The notes beneath the pieces were generated by a model. It ran no database searches. It saw nothing but the letters and a program-made list of their open reading frames with translations, and had not been told where the DNA came from. This document shows positions 33,482 to 43,905 of a stretch of 64,000 nt of DNA, piece by piece (the first letter of the stretch is position 1; every line of letters begins with the position of its first letter). Source of the stretch: Candidatus Dormiibacterota bacterium (GTDB lineage Bacteria; Chloroflexota; Dormibacteria; Aeolococcales; Aeolococcaceae); assembly GCA_963709585.1 (NCBI GenBank), contig CAVPXI010000004.1:288001-352000 (forward strand), given 5' to 3'. A program made the position numbers and the translations under genes.

Positions 33482-35050
33482 ATGCACCGCCGGCTGGCGT
33501 GCCTGGCTGTGGCGCTGCTGGTCTCCGGCTGCGGCTTCAGCGGGCTCGGCTCACCTCCGAACTACGGCTACGTCGTGATCACCGCGGGCGGAGTTGGCCT
33601 CCGCTCCGGCTCCCAGGACGTGCCCCCCAACCTCAACCTCCGGCTCCACGCCACCGGCGCGGCTCTGCAGGCCTCGGACGTGACCGCGACCCTCGATGGG
33701 AACCAGCTCTCGCTCGCCACCCAGGATCAGGACCTGCTGGCGACGGTGAAGCCGCTGCCGCTCTCATCGAGCCACCACCTCTCGGTCGCGGTGGCGGGGA
33801 TGAGCACCCAGAACTTCGCGTTCACGGTCATCTCGCCGACCGCCGCGATGCTCGCCGCCCACGTCGATCCTGCGAGTGGGCTGGTCGTCGATGCCGTCTT
33901 CGACGATGCTCCCGACCAGGCCGCAGTGGCCGCCGCTCTTCCCGGCGGGACGCTGACCTGGGTCGACGGAACCCATGCTCGGATCACCTGGAGCGCCAAG
34001 CCGCCGGCATCGATCGCGCTCCCCGCCACCATCGCCACCGCCGGCGGTGCACACCTGGACCCGGGCATCAGCCTTTCGCTCGTCGGCATTGCTCGTCACA
34101 CCATCCGGCGGGTGACCGTGCCGCCGCCACCCCAGGTCGCGGGCATCCCGGTTGACGCGTTCGTGATCAACACCGGAGCGTCGAACTCGTCACTCGCCTT
34201 TCACCTCGGCGCGGTTGCGCAGGTGACCCCGACCGGTTGGCAGGCACAGGCGGACGGCTCGATCCTGGGCACTCCGGATCAGTCCGCGACCGGCCGTGCA
34301 GCTGTCGCGGGTCTGCCCATCTGGCCGTCGCTCGCCAACGACTTGACGAACCCGCCCGCCACCGACCAACTGCTCAACGATCCCAGCGCGACCAAGGTGC
34401 TCGTCAACGAGATGGTGGCCGCGATCCGCTACGACGGCTATCGCGGCATCAACCTCGACTTCGAGGGGATGCTCCCGACCGACAAGGCTCCGTTCACCGC
34501 GTTCGTGGAGCAGCTGGCGACTGCGCTCCATGCCCGAGGGGCCAAGCTGATCGTCGACGTGGTCCCCCACGACTTTGCCGGGGTCAATGCGTACTCCGCC
34601 GCATACGACATCGCCGCGATCGGCAAGGTGGCCGACTACGTGGATCTGATGGCCTACGACGAGCACGGCGATGGGGGAACGCCTGGGCCGGTGGCTGGTC
34701 TGGACTGGGACCGGGCGGTCCTGCAGGCGACCCTGCCGGATCTCAACCCCGCGCACGTCCTCCTCGGTGTTCCCCTCTACGGGCGCGCTTGGGGCAGCCT
34801 CGGCGGCGCGGCCGCATATTCGAACGTCATCTACAACGCGCTCTTGATACCCGGAGCTCGCGTCGACTACGACTTCAGCGCTCAGACCCCCTTCATCGTC
34901 TCCCCGGACGGCTCGCTCACCACCTACTTCGACGACCGGGACAGCCTGGCCCGCAAGGTCGCGCTGGTCCGGACCGACGGCCTCGCCGGGATCGCCGCCT
35001 GGCGGCTCGGTTTCGAGGACCCGGGCTTCTGGTCGCTCTTCCGCGCCTGA
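33482..35050 (+). CDS. Lipoprotein with GH18 (chitinase-like) domain
   Basis: Lipobox VSGC; GINLDFE, LMAYD, LGVPLYG, AWRLG. Confidence 0.88.
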   Translation: MHRRLACLAVALLVSGCGFSGLGSPPNYGYVVITAGGVGLRSGSQDVPPNLNLRLHATGAALQASDVTATLDGNQLSLATQDQDLLATVKPLPLSSSHHLSVAVAGMSTQNFAFTVISPTAAMLAAHVDPASGLVVDAVFDDAPDQAAVAAALPGGTLTWVDGTHARITWSAKPPASIALPATIATAGGAHLDPGISLSLVGIARHTIRRVTVPPPPQVAGIPVDAFVINTGASNSSLAFHLGAVAQVTPTGWQAQADGSILGTPDQSATGRAAVAGLPIWPSLANDLTNPPATDQLLNDPSATKVLVNEMVAAIRYDGYRGINLDFEGMLPTDKAPFTAFVEQLATALHARGAKLIVDVVPHDFAGVNAYSAAYDIAAIGKVADYVDLMAYDEHGDGGTPGPVAGLDWDRAVLQATLPDLNPAHVLLGVPLYGRAWGSLGGAAAYSNVIYNALLIPGARVDYDFSAQTPFIVSPDGSLTTYFDDRDSLARKVALVRTDGLAGIAAWRLGFEDPGFWSLFRA

Positions 35051-35076
35051 GCCGAGCTAGATCCCATAAGTTGTTG

Positions 35077-36279
35077 TCAAGCTAATCCGGCGCTGCCATG
35101 CGCCGGATCGAAGTCCTTGTCGCCGCGCCACACGCCCCAGACGATGGCGAGCGCCTTGCTCATGCAGTGACCAAGGGAGTTCATCGCTGACTTGCCCGCG
35201 GCCCGCTTGCGAGCGTAGTGGGCGCGGATGATCGGGTTGTGTTGCACGCCGACCACCGCCATCCGGTACGCCGCCGCACGCAGATACGAGTTGCCGGTCT
35301 TGGCCATGGTCCAGCTCGTCTCGGGGTTCGCACCCTTCTTCCCTGAACTCTGCTCCTTGGGATGCACGCCTGCGTAGGCGAGCAACTGGTCGACATCGCT
35401 GAAGCGCCAGATGTCGCCGATCTCGGCCATGAGTGTGGCCGCGGTGGACGGCCCGACACCGGGAATCGAGAGCAGCCGCTGCGACACCTCGCCGTCGAGC
35501 AGGGAGGCGACCCGGGTGTCCGCGCTGGCGATCTGCTGGTCGAGCAGGTCGTGCTGCGCAATCAGGAGGCGCATCTCGAACCCGACCTGCTGCGCGAGTT
35601 CCGGCGCAGCCACCGAGGTCTGAGCCAGCTGCTTGAGCTGGCCGGCCTTGAGCGGTCCGATCGCACGGCCACCACCGCCCGGACGCTTGAGCCGAGCCAG
35701 GCGGTCCTGGTGCATGCGCGCCACGGCCGCGGCGGTCGGCGCGTGGCGGAGCACCGCCAGGGCGCTCACGCAGGTCGGGTCGTCCCAGACCTCGCGCAGC
35801 TCAGGAAAGCCGATGTCCACCAACCGCTGGATGCGCTGGCAGACCTGGGCCTGCTCACGCACCAAACGCATCGCGAACCGCGCCGCCTCCTTGAGCTCGG
35901 CCCCCACCAGGGGCTCGCTGATCCGCGGCTGGTCGTGCGTTCCCAACGCCGCCAGTGTGCGCGCGTCGGCCGGGTCGCTCTTGCTCCGCTGCAGCCGGCT
36001 CTTGGCGAAGTACTTGGCCTGCAACGGGTTCACCACCGCCACCGGATACCCCTGGCGACGCAGGTGGCTGGCCAGGTTGAACCAGTAGTGGCCGCTCGAT
36101 TCCATCACCACCACCTCGATCGGCGCTTCCTGCTTCGTCATCCACGCGTCCAGTTCGCCGAAGCCCTTGCGCTTGGTGGTGATGGTGAGCACCTTCCGAT
36201 CCGCCTCGCGCTCACCCTGGCGACACACCGCCGCCGCGCACTTGTATGCCCCCACGTCGATCCCCACCGCCAGGCTCAT
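35077..36279 (-). CDS. IS110 transposase (DEDD recombinase)
   Basis: GIDVG, MESSG, KSDPADA (DEDD); SIPGVG, AEIGD..RF, QSSG catalytic Ser; AGGAGG RBS. Confidence 0.96.
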   Translation of the reverse strand: MSLAVGIDVGAYKCAAAVCRQGEREADRKVLTITTKRKGFGELDAWMTKQEAPIEVVVMESSGHYWFNLASHLRRQGYPVAVVNPLQAKYFAKSRLQRSKSDPADARTLAALGTHDQPRISEPLVGAELKEAARFAMRLVREQAQVCQRIQRLVDIGFPELREVWDDPTCVSALAVLRHAPTAAAVARMHQDRLARLKRPGGGGRAIGPLKAGQLKQLAQTSVAAPELAQQVGFEMRLLIAQHDLLDQQIASADTRVASLLDGEVSQRLLSIPGVGPSTAATLMAEIGDIWRFSDVDQLLAYAGVHPKEQSSGKKGANPETSWTMAKTGNSYLRAAAYRMAVVGVQHNPIIRAHYARKRAAGKSAMNSLGHCMSKALAIVWGVWRGDKDFDPAHGSAGLA

Positions 36280-36289
36280 ACGCACCTCC

Positions 36290-36498
36290 TGTGTCGGGTT
36301 GCGACCCCAGGGGTCCTCGCCTTGCTTCGTCGCCGCGTGGGCTGATGCTCCATCACCGGTCACCGCCGTCGGATCCCAATCACCGCTCGAAGACGAAGCA
36401 CGAGGGCCGGTCACTAGCTCCATCGGTCCCGTCGCCGGATAGCTATGCGCCGGTCTCCCCGTCGAGGTCAGATTCCCCGCGATTCTGACCCTGCCAGG
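36290..36498 (-). ncRNA. Putative IS110 bridge RNA
   Basis: 5' hairpin GGTCAGA/TCTGACC followed by two internal-loop hairpins whose loops match the target and donor junctions. Confidence 0.7.
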
Positions 36499-36505
36499 AG
36501 ATATA

Positions 36506-37036
36506 TCAGCTTTCGGAAGCGCCGGTCCCGAGATCGGGGAGGTTGAGGGTGTTGACCCAGTCGCGAATCTTGGCGAGCCGCTCCTCGCTCTCCGGATCCG
36601 TCTCGGTCAGGTCGCCGTCCTTGTCGGCCTCGGGGAGGACGCCGGCCTTGTCGAGCACCTCATCGGCGACGAAGATGCCCGCTCCGACCCGCACGGCGAC
36701 GGCGATGGCATCCGAAGGTCGGGAGTTGATCTCCAGGCGGCGTCCGTCGACCTGCGCGAGGATCCGTGCGTAGAAGACCTCGTTGCTCAGGGATGTCACC
36801 ACGATCCGCTCGACGGTGACCTCCACCGCGCTGAGCAGGTTGGCAAGCAGGTCGTGCGTGATCGGCCGCTCGGGGGTGATCCCGGTGATCTTCAGCGCGA
36901 TCGCGTTGGCCTCATTGATGCCGATCCAGATGGGCAGGTAGCGGTCGGCCGACTTTTCTTTGAGGATGACGACGTGCTGGCCGGTCGGCATGTGCACCCT
37001 GATGCTGTCGACGGTCATTTCCACCAGGTCGGCCAT
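36506..37036 (-). CDS. Bifunctional nuclease family protein (DUF151)
   Basis: LPIWIG..EA..I, RPITHDL, FYARI, SRPSDAIA. Confidence 0.9.
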   Translation of the reverse strand: MADLVEMTVDSIRVHMPTGQHVVILKEKSADRYLPIWIGINEANAIALKITGITPERPITHDLLANLLSAVEVTVERIVVTSLSNEVFYARILAQVDGRRLEINSRPSDAIAVAVRVGAGIFVADEVLDKAGVLPEADKDGDLTETDPESEERLAKIRDWVNTLNLPDLGTGASES

Positions 37037-37103
37037 GCCTCGATCATAACCCCGGGAGTGCGCGAGCGAGGACATCCACGCCTCGCCGCTACCATGGATC
37101 GCT

Positions 37104-39875
37104 GTGGCTCGCGAGACTTTGCTGCTGGTGGATGGGCACAACCTGGTGTACCGCGCCTTCCACGCGATGCCCGCGTTGAGCAACAGCCGGGGCGAGATGA
37201 CCAACGCCGCGTATGGCTTCACGTCGATGCTCTTCAAGGCACTCAACGACACAACCCCGACGTATGCCATCGCCGCATTCGATCCCCCGGGACCGACCTT
37301 CCGGCACGAGAAGTTCGCCGAATACAAAGCGCAACGGTCGCGCGCGCCGGAGGAGCTCCGCGCCCAGTTTCCGTGGGCGCGTGAGGTCGTGGAAGCGCTC
37401 GGCATTCCGATCGTCGAGATCCCGACATTCGAAGCCGATGATGTCATCGGCACGCTGGCGCAGAAGGCAGAAGCCGCGGGACTTGACGTCATCATCCTCA
37501 CCGGCGATCTCGACGTGCTCCAACTCGTGACCGAGCACATCCGGGTTTTCGCGAGTCGCCGCGGTCTCAGCGACACGATCATCTACGACGTCGACAAGGT
37601 TCGCGAACGCTACGGCTTCGAGCCGCCACTGGTCGTCGATTTCAAGGCGCTGCAAGGCGATCCGAGCGACAACATCCCCGGTGTCCCGGGCATCGGCGAG
37701 AAGACCGCAATGTCATTGGTGCAGCAGTACGGGCCACTCGAGAACGTGCTCGCTGCGGTGCCGACGATGCCGCCCGGGCGTGTTCAGCGCGCGCTGGAGA
37801 GCCACATGGAGCAGGCGCGGTTGAGCAAGTGGACGGCGACCATCAAGGTCGACATCGATGTCGACCTGCCACTGGAGGGCGCACGCCTCTTCAACTACGA
37901 CGAGGCGGCAGTGCGCGAGTTGTTCGACCGCCTCGAGTTTCGCAGTCTGCTGCCGCGACTGCCCGGACGCGCGGTGGTCGACGGCGCGGCGCCGGCGTCC
38001 GCTACGCCGGCAAGCGAACCAGCCCCGTTGCCCGGCGACCTGCAATCGCCGGCGACCGACGTCGAGACCGTCATCGACGCGCATCAAGCAGCCGACGCGA
38101 TGCGGCGAGTTCGCGCAGCCGGCGCGATCGCGGTGCGCACCGTCGTTGACGGCAGCCCGAGGACCGGCGACATGATCGGCGTCGCCTTCGCGCCAAAGGG
38201 TGAGGACATCGCCTACTACATGCCCGTGTGGCACGCCGGGCTGGAGCGCAATGCGGATCCGGCGGCAGTTACCGCACTGGAGGAGGTGCTTGCGGACAGC
38301 ACGATTCCGAAGCGGGGGTACGACCTCAAGCGCGAGCTGCTCGCCTGGCGGCGGCGCGGCATCGCGATACAGGGGCTGCAGTTCGATGCCCTGCTCGCCG
38401 CCTACCTCACCAACTCGCGCCTCAAGGTTCCGACGCTGCCTGTCCTCGCGCACGACCTTGCGTTGCTGAGCGTCGAGGCCGAGGAGACGCTCCTCGGCAG
38501 CGGCCGTGGAAAGCGCGGGATCGCCGATGTTCCGGTGGAGGAGGCCGCCGCGTATTACGGCGTCTGGGTCGGCCTGCTCGACCCGGTGGGCGAGAAGTTG
38601 ATTCGCGACATGGAGCGGGCGAACGCCACCCGGCTCCACGACACCATGGAGCTGCCGCTCGTGCCGATCCTCGCCGCGATGGAGATCGAGGGAGTCGCGG
38701 TTGACTGCGACCTCCTCGGGTCGATCAGCGCCGAGATGCACACACGGGTCACCGAGATAGAGCGCGAGGTCCAGGAGGTCGCCGGATACACGTTCAACCC
38801 CGGCAGCACCCAGCAACTCGGACGCTTCCTCTACGACGACCTCGGCCTCGCCAGCGGGCGCAAGACCAAGACCGGACGCAGCACCGACGCCGACACGCTG
38901 GAAGCGCTGCGCGGCGAGCACCCGGTGGTCGACCAGATCCTGGAGTGGCGCCAGCTCACCAAGCTGAAGAGCACCTATGTCGATGCGCTGCCGTTGCTGT
39001 GCACTGCCGACTCGCGCGTGCACACATCCTTCAACCAGGCGGTGGCGACCACCGGCCGGCTGTCGTCGTCGGACCCGAACCTGCAGAACATCCCGGTGCG
39101 CACGCAGTGGGGTCAGCGAATCCGCCGCGCCTTCCATGCCGACAAGGGCCAGCGCCTGGTCAGTGCCGACTACTCCCAGGTGGAACTGCGCGTGCTCGCC
39201 CACGTGACCGGTGAGACGGAGCTGATCGAGGCATTTCAGCGCGGTGAGGACATCCACCGGCGCACCGCCGCCGAGGTATATGCGGTCGCACCCGAGGCGG
39301 TGACGCCGGACATGCGCCGCATCGCCAAGGTGGTCAACTTCGGTGTGGTGTATGGGTTGAGCGACTTCGGGCTCGCCCGCGACACGGGCATGAGCCGCGA
39401 GGAAGCGCATGCGTTCATCGATGCGTACTTCCGCAATTTCCCCGCAGTCACCGCGTACCTCGAAGGGGTGCGCAACCATGCCCGGGAGTACGGCTGGGTC
39501 GAGACCTTCATCGGCCGGCGCCGCTACATTGCGGACATTCGCGCCGCCAACCGGCAGCTGCGCTTCGCGGCCGAGCGCATGGCCGTGAATATGCCGATCC
39601 AGGGGGGCGCGGCCGACATCATGAAGCAGGCCATGATCCTCGTCGATGCGGCGCTGCGCGAGCGGGGGTTGCGCAGCCGGATCCTCCTCCAGGTGCACGA
39701 CGAGCTCCTGCTCGAGGCGCCGGCGGAGGAGGTCGACGACCTGATCGTGCTCCTCCGGGATCGCATGGGCGCGGCCGAGGCACTCAAGGTGCCCCTCGAC
39801 GTTGACGTCAAGGTCGGCGACAACTGGGGGGACATGACGCCCATTGCGAGGACTGAGGGTGCCCGAACTTCCTGA
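37104..39875 (+). CDS. polA: DNA polymerase I
   Basis: 5'-3' exonuclease EADD, GDPSDNIPGVPGIG; TGRLSS, ADYSQVELR, LQVHDEL. Confidence 0.98.
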   Translation: MARETLLLVDGHNLVYRAFHAMPALSNSRGEMTNAAYGFTSMLFKALNDTTPTYAIAAFDPPGPTFRHEKFAEYKAQRSRAPEELRAQFPWAREVVEALGIPIVEIPTFEADDVIGTLAQKAEAAGLDVIILTGDLDVLQLVTEHIRVFASRRGLSDTIIYDVDKVRERYGFEPPLVVDFKALQGDPSDNIPGVPGIGEKTAMSLVQQYGPLENVLAAVPTMPPGRVQRALESHMEQARLSKWTATIKVDIDVDLPLEGARLFNYDEAAVRELFDRLEFRSLLPRLPGRAVVDGAAPASATPASEPAPLPGDLQSPATDVETVIDAHQAADAMRRVRAAGAIAVRTVVDGSPRTGDMIGVAFAPKGEDIAYYMPVWHAGLERNADPAAVTALEEVLADSTIPKRGYDLKRELLAWRRRGIAIQGLQFDALLAAYLTNSRLKVPTLPVLAHDLALLSVEAEETLLGSGRGKRGIADVPVEEAAAYYGVWVGLLDPVGEKLIRDMERANATRLHDTMELPLVPILAAMEIEGVAVDCDLLGSISAEMHTRVTEIEREVQEVAGYTFNPGSTQQLGRFLYDDLGLASGRKTKTGRSTDADTLEALRGEHPVVDQILEWRQLTKLKSTYVDALPLLCTADSRVHTSFNQAVATTGRLSSSDPNLQNIPVRTQWGQRIRRAFHADKGQRLVSADYSQVELRVLAHVTGETELIEAFQRGEDIHRRTAAEVYAVAPEAVTPDMRRIAKVVNFGVVYGLSDFGLARDTGMSREEAHAFIDAYFRNFPAVTAYLEGVRNHAREYGWVETFIGRRRYIADIRAANRQLRFAAERMAVNMPIQGGAADIMKQAMILVDAALRERGLRSRILLQVHDELLLEAPAEEVDDLIVLLRDRMGAAEALKVPLDVDVKVGDNWGDMTPIARTEGARTS

Positions 39876-40683
39876 GGTGGAGACGGTCGCCCGCGATCTT
39901 CGCGTCGCGATCAACGGACGGCGCATCGAGCACGTGACCGTCGACCGCCCCGACATCGTCCGCGTCCCCGACGGGCGGATGCTGCCCGGCTTGCTCACCG
40001 GGCAGCGTTTCGAGAACGTGGATCGCCGGGGTAAGTACCTGCTGCTCGAGCTTGATTCCGGTGACGAGCTGATGGTGCATCTCGGGATGACCGGGCACCT
40101 GCTGGTCTGTGATGCGGATGCCCCGGTCGCAAAGCACACTCACATCCGCGCCTCGCTGGACGACGGGAATGAGCTCCGTTTCGACGACGCGCGTCGCTTC
40201 GGCCGTGTGGCCTACGGTTCGCGCGAGGCGCTGACGGCTGCGCGGGTGCTGCCGAGGCTCGGCGTCGAACCGCTTTCCGATGCGTTCTCACAGGAGCGGC
40301 TCGATGCGGTATTGGGCAAAACGACGCGGACCGTGAAAGCCGCCCTGCTCGATCAGAAAGGTGTGGCTGGCCTCGGCAACATCTACATCGACGAGGCGTG
40401 TTTCCTCGCGGGCGTCCGGCCCACCCGGCGCTGCCATCGCCTGACGCGCCGCGAACGAGCAGCCCTGCTCGATGCCATCCCACGCGTGCTCACCGCAGCC
40501 GTCGCCAACCGGGGCAGCAGCGTCGACGACTACCGCGATGTCTGGAATGCGCGCGGGAGCAACCAGGAGCGCCTCCAGGTGTACGGGCGCGGCGGCCTGC
40601 CCTGCTTTGTGTGCGGCACGACGCTGCGCCGCACCGTCACCGCCGGCCGCACCACCGTGTACTGCCCGCACTGCCAGCGATGA
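39859..40683 (+). CDS. mutM: Formamidopyrimidine-DNA glycosylase
   Basis: PELPEVE N-terminus, HLGMTG, GNIY.DE, C-terminal zinc finger. Confidence 0.96.
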   Translation: MPELPEVETVARDLRVAINGRRIEHVTVDRPDIVRVPDGRMLPGLLTGQRFENVDRRGKYLLLELDSGDELMVHLGMTGHLLVCDADAPVAKHTHIRASLDDGNELRFDDARRFGRVAYGSREALTAARVLPRLGVEPLSDAFSQERLDAVLGKTTRTVKAALLDQKGVAGLGNIYIDEACFLAGVRPTRRCHRLTRRERAALLDAIPRVLTAAVANRGSSVDDYRDVWNARGSNQERLQVYGRGGLPCFVCGTTLRRTVTAGRTTVYCPHCQR

Positions 40684-41723
40684 CCCGGGTCACCATCGCG
40701 AGCTACGATGACGATCCACCGCTCGGCGGGCAGGGCGTCGTCGTGCACGGCATGCGTGCTGCACTCGAGCGCCGCGGGGTGCGGGTGCACACCATCTCCG
40801 GCCGCGGCGAGCACGCGATCGCGTTCGCGCGGCGGACCGGGCGGGCGCCGCTCGACTTCTCCATGGAGCTCAACCGATATCCGCGGATCCTGCTCCGCGC
40901 CGCGCCGGACGTGATCCACGCTCAGGGCGGCCCCGGGGGCGTGCTGCTCTGGAAGCAGCTCGGTGCGCCGCTGGTGTACACGGCGCATCACACCTACCGT
41001 CAGGCGCACCGGCGCGGGTCGGTCAAGCGGTTGCTCAACGGCCTCGAGGCGCGCTCATACCGCGGTGCCGCGATGGTCCTCCCGGTCTCGCGTTCCACCG
41101 CGAACGCCCTGCTCGAGATGGGAATCCCGGCAGCACGCATCGAAGTGCTCTCCAACGGTGTTGACGCGGTCGACCTCCCCGGCGTCGAACACGAGGACGG
41201 CCGGGTGTTGTTCGTCAGTCGCATGGAGCGCGAGAAGGGCGTGCTCGACGCGATCTCCGTGCTCCAAGCGCTCGCCGGCGCGGATCCGCGGGTGCACGGC
41301 GTCATGGTCGGGGGCGGCAGTCTCGAAGCCGACGTGCGCCGTGCGGCAGAATCGAGCCGGGGCAGGATCGAGTACCTGGGCGCGCTCGGTCGCGAAGCGC
41401 TCAACCACGAGTACGCGAGGGCTGCGATCGTGGTGATGCCCTCGCGGTTCGAGGGGCTGGGGATGGTCGCGCTGGAAGCCCAGGCCGCCGGGACGCCGGT
41501 CGTCGGCTTCGATGTCGACGGGCTGCGTGACGCGGTCGGTGCCGGCGGGGTCCTGGTTCCCGCCGGCGACCTGCTCGCGCTGCGCGCCGCGGCGAGCGAG
41601 TTGCTCGCCGACCCCGCCCGTCGCGCCGAGGCGGGCGCGCGCGGACGTGAGGTCGTGCTCGCCGAGCACTCCTGGGACGCGATCGGCGCGCGCCTCGAGG
41701 AGATCTATCGCACCGTGATCTGA
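40680..41723 (+). CDS. GT4 family glycosyltransferase
   Basis: REKG, PSRFEGLGMVALEAQAAG; ATGA overlap with mutM. Confidence 0.9.
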   Translation: MTRVTIASYDDDPPLGGQGVVVHGMRAALERRGVRVHTISGRGEHAIAFARRTGRAPLDFSMELNRYPRILLRAAPDVIHAQGGPGGVLLWKQLGAPLVYTAHHTYRQAHRRGSVKRLLNGLEARSYRGAAMVLPVSRSTANALLEMGIPAARIEVLSNGVDAVDLPGVEHEDGRVLFVSRMEREKGVLDAISVLQALAGADPRVHGVMVGGGSLEADVRRAAESSRGRIEYLGALGREALNHEYARAAIVVMPSRFEGLGMVALEAQAAGTPVVGFDVDGLRDAVGAGGVLVPAGDLLALRAAASELLADPARRAEAGARGREVVLAEHSWDAIGARLEEIYRTVI

Positions 41724-41764
41724 GCCGAATTCGGCGGCAGTTCGGCAGCGACTAGACTCAAAGG

Positions 41765-43798
41765 GTGCCCGCCTTCGAGTTGCTCGCGCCCTTCGAACCC
41801 GCCGGTGATCAGCCCACCGCCATCACGGCGCTCAACCGTGGGCTGACCGAGGGCCAGCGCGAGCAGATCCTGCTCGGGGTGACCGGGTCTGGCAAGACCT
41901 TCACCATCGCCAACGTGATCGCCGAGCAGCAGCGTCCGACGCTGGTGCTCTCGCCCAACAAGACGCTCGCCGCCCAGCTCTGGGCGGAGTTCCGCGAGTT
42001 CTTCCCCAAGAACGCTGTGGAGTACTTCGTCTCGTACTACGACTTCTACCAGCCCGAGGCCTACATCCCGCGCACCGACACCTACATCGAGAAGGATTCG
42101 TCGCGCAACGACGAGATCGACCGGTTGCGCAACAGCGCGACCCGCGCGCTGCTCACCCGGCGCGACGTGGTCGTGGTGGCTTCCATCTCGTGCATCTACG
42201 GCATCGGCTCGCCGGAGAACTACCTGGGCGAGTCGATCACCGTCAAGCGCGGCGAGTTGTGGCGCCGGGACATCCTGCTGCGCAAGCTCTCCGACCTGCA
42301 GTACGCGCGCAACGACATGGACTTTGGACGCACGCGCTTTCGGGTGCGCGGCGACGTCGTCGACGTCCAGCCCGCGTATGAGGAGATCGCGACCCGCATC
42401 GAGTTCATGGGTGACACCATCGAGTTGATCAAGGATTTCGATGCGCTCACCGGTGAGATCCTCACCATGCGCGACGAGCTGACGGTCTTTCCCGCCACCC
42501 ACTACGTGACCCCCCAGGAGCAGATGGAACGAGCGCTCGTCTCCATCGAAGCTGAGCTCGAGGAGCGCGTGAAGCTGCTCGAAACCCGCGGGCGTCTGCT
42601 CGAGGCGCAGCGTCTGCGCCAGCGCACCAACTTCGACATGGAGATGATGCGCGAGACCGGCACCTGCGCCGGCATCGAGAACTACTCGCGTCACCTGAGC
42701 GGTCGCGCGGAGGGCCAGCGCCCGCACTGCCTGCTCGACTTTCTGCCCGACGATGCGCTCCTGATCGTCGATGAGTTGCACGTCGCGGTTCCCCAGATCG
42801 ACGGCATGAACAAGGGGGATCGCGCTCGCAAGATTCCCCTGGTGGAGTATGGGTTTCGCCTTCCGTCGGCGCTCGACAACCGGCCCCTGACCTTCGCCGA
42901 GTGGGACTCGATGATCGGTCAGATCATCTACGTGAGCGCGACCCCCGGTCCGTACGAGGAAGGACGCGCGACCCAGGTGGTGGAGCAGATCATCCGGCCC
43001 ACAGGCCTCGTCGATCCGACCATCGAGGTCAAGGAGTTGCACGGGCAGATCGACGATCTCATCGCCCAGATGCGACGGCGTATCGAGCGGCACGAACGCT
43101 GCCTCATCACCACGCTGACCAAGAAGATGGCCGAGGACCTGACCGACTACCTGCGCGAGGCCGGGATCAAGGTGCGATACCTGCACAGCGATATCGACAC
43201 GCTTGAACGCGTCGAGATCATCCGCGACCTGCGCCTCGGGGTCTTCGACGTGCTGGTGGGTATCAATCTGCTCCGCGAGGGCCTCGACCTTCCCGAGGTG
43301 TCGTTCATCGGCATCCTCGACGCCGACAAGGAAGGCTACCTCCGCGGCTACCGGTCACTGATCCAGACCACCGGACGCGCCGCCCGTAACGTCCTCGGGC
43401 ACGTGGTGATGTACGCCGACCGGATGTCGGACGCGATGGAGAAGGCGATCGCCGAGACCGACCGGCGCCGGGCGATCCAGGTCGCCTACAACGTCGAACA
43501 CGACATCACGCCGCTCTCGATCGTCAAGGCCGTGTACCAGATGGAATCGCACCGCGATCAGCAGTCGCTCCGCGCCGCGGCATTCCAGGAGGCGTCCGGG
43601 TTGCCGCCCGATGAGGTGCTGCGCCTGGCCAAGGACGTGGAGAAGGAGATGCTTCGCGCGGCACGCGACCTCGAGTTCGAGCGCGCCGCGGAGCTGCGCG
43701 ATCGCCTGGTCCAGTTGCGCCGCCGCCTCGAAGGGGAGGAGGAGCCGGAACCGGCGCAGACCCACCGCGGCAGGGGGCGCCCGGTCCACTCCCGATAG
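41765..43798 (+). CDS. uvrB: Excinuclease ABC subunit B
   Basis: [27 protein letters not shown]-terminal UVR domain. Confidence 0.98.
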   Translation: MPAFELLAPFEPAGDQPTAITALNRGLTEGQREQILLGVTGSGKTFTIANVIAEQQRPTLVLSPNKTLAAQLWAEFREFFPKNAVEYFVSYYDFYQPEAYIPRTDTYIEKDSSRNDEIDRLRNSATRALLTRRDVVVVASISCIYGIGSPENYLGESITVKRGELWRRDILLRKLSDLQYARNDMDFGRTRFRVRGDVVDVQPAYEEIATRIEFMGDTIELIKDFDALTGEILTMRDELTVFPATHYVTPQEQMERALVSIEAELEERVKLLETRGRLLEAQRLRQRTNFDMEMMRETGTCAGIENYSRHLSGRAEGQRPHCLLDFLPDDALLIVDELHVAVPQIDGMNKGDRARKIPLVEYGFRLPSALDNRPLTFAEWDSMIGQIIYVSATPGPYEEGRATQVVEQIIRPTGLVDPTIEVKELHGQIDDLIAQMRRRIERHERCLITTLTKKMAEDLTDYLREAGIKVRYLHSDIDTLERVEIIRDLRLGVFDVLVGINLLREGLDLPEVSFIGILDADKEGYLRGYRSLIQTTGRAARNVLGHVVMYADRMSDAMEKAIAETDRRRAIQVAYNVEHDITPLSIVKAVYQMESHRDQQSLRAAAFQEASGLPPDEVLRLAKDVEKEMLRAARDLEFERAAELRDRLVQLRRRLEGEEEPEPAQTHRGRGRPVHSR

Positions 43799-43800
43799 GC

Positions 43801-43824
43801 GGCTCTTCCGGAGCGAGGAGAGCC
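43801..43824 (+). terminator. Stem-loop after uvrB
   Basis: GGCTCTTCC...GGAGAGCC. Confidence 0.45.
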
Positions 43825-43866
43825 CAGCACACCTTCCGTGTAGCTTTCAGACGCGAACACACTCGC

Positions 43867-43896
43867 TTGACAGAGCGTACATCTGTTCGGTAGGAT
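43867..43896 (+). promoter_or_regulatory. radA promoter with LexA (SOS) box
   Basis: TTGACA-18-TAGGAT with CGTAC-ATCT-GTTCG (near CGAAC-N4-GTTCG) in the spacer. Confidence 0.7.
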
Positions 43897-43905
43897 GCGT
43901 CGCCC

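Larger units (their letters stand above)
35059..36500 (-). mobile_element. Complete IS110-family element (~1.44 kb) with a CT core at both junctions
   Basis: Minus-strand junctions ATATAT-CT-CCTGG and TGGGAT-CT-AGCTC match guide segments in the non-coding end; sits between convergent stop codons; no terminal IRs or TSD. Confidence 0.8.

Noticed and set aside
35059-35080. Canonical circle-junction promoter for the IS110
   Set aside because: TTGACA is present in the right end, but no TANNNT falls 16-18 nt downstream in the reconstructed junction
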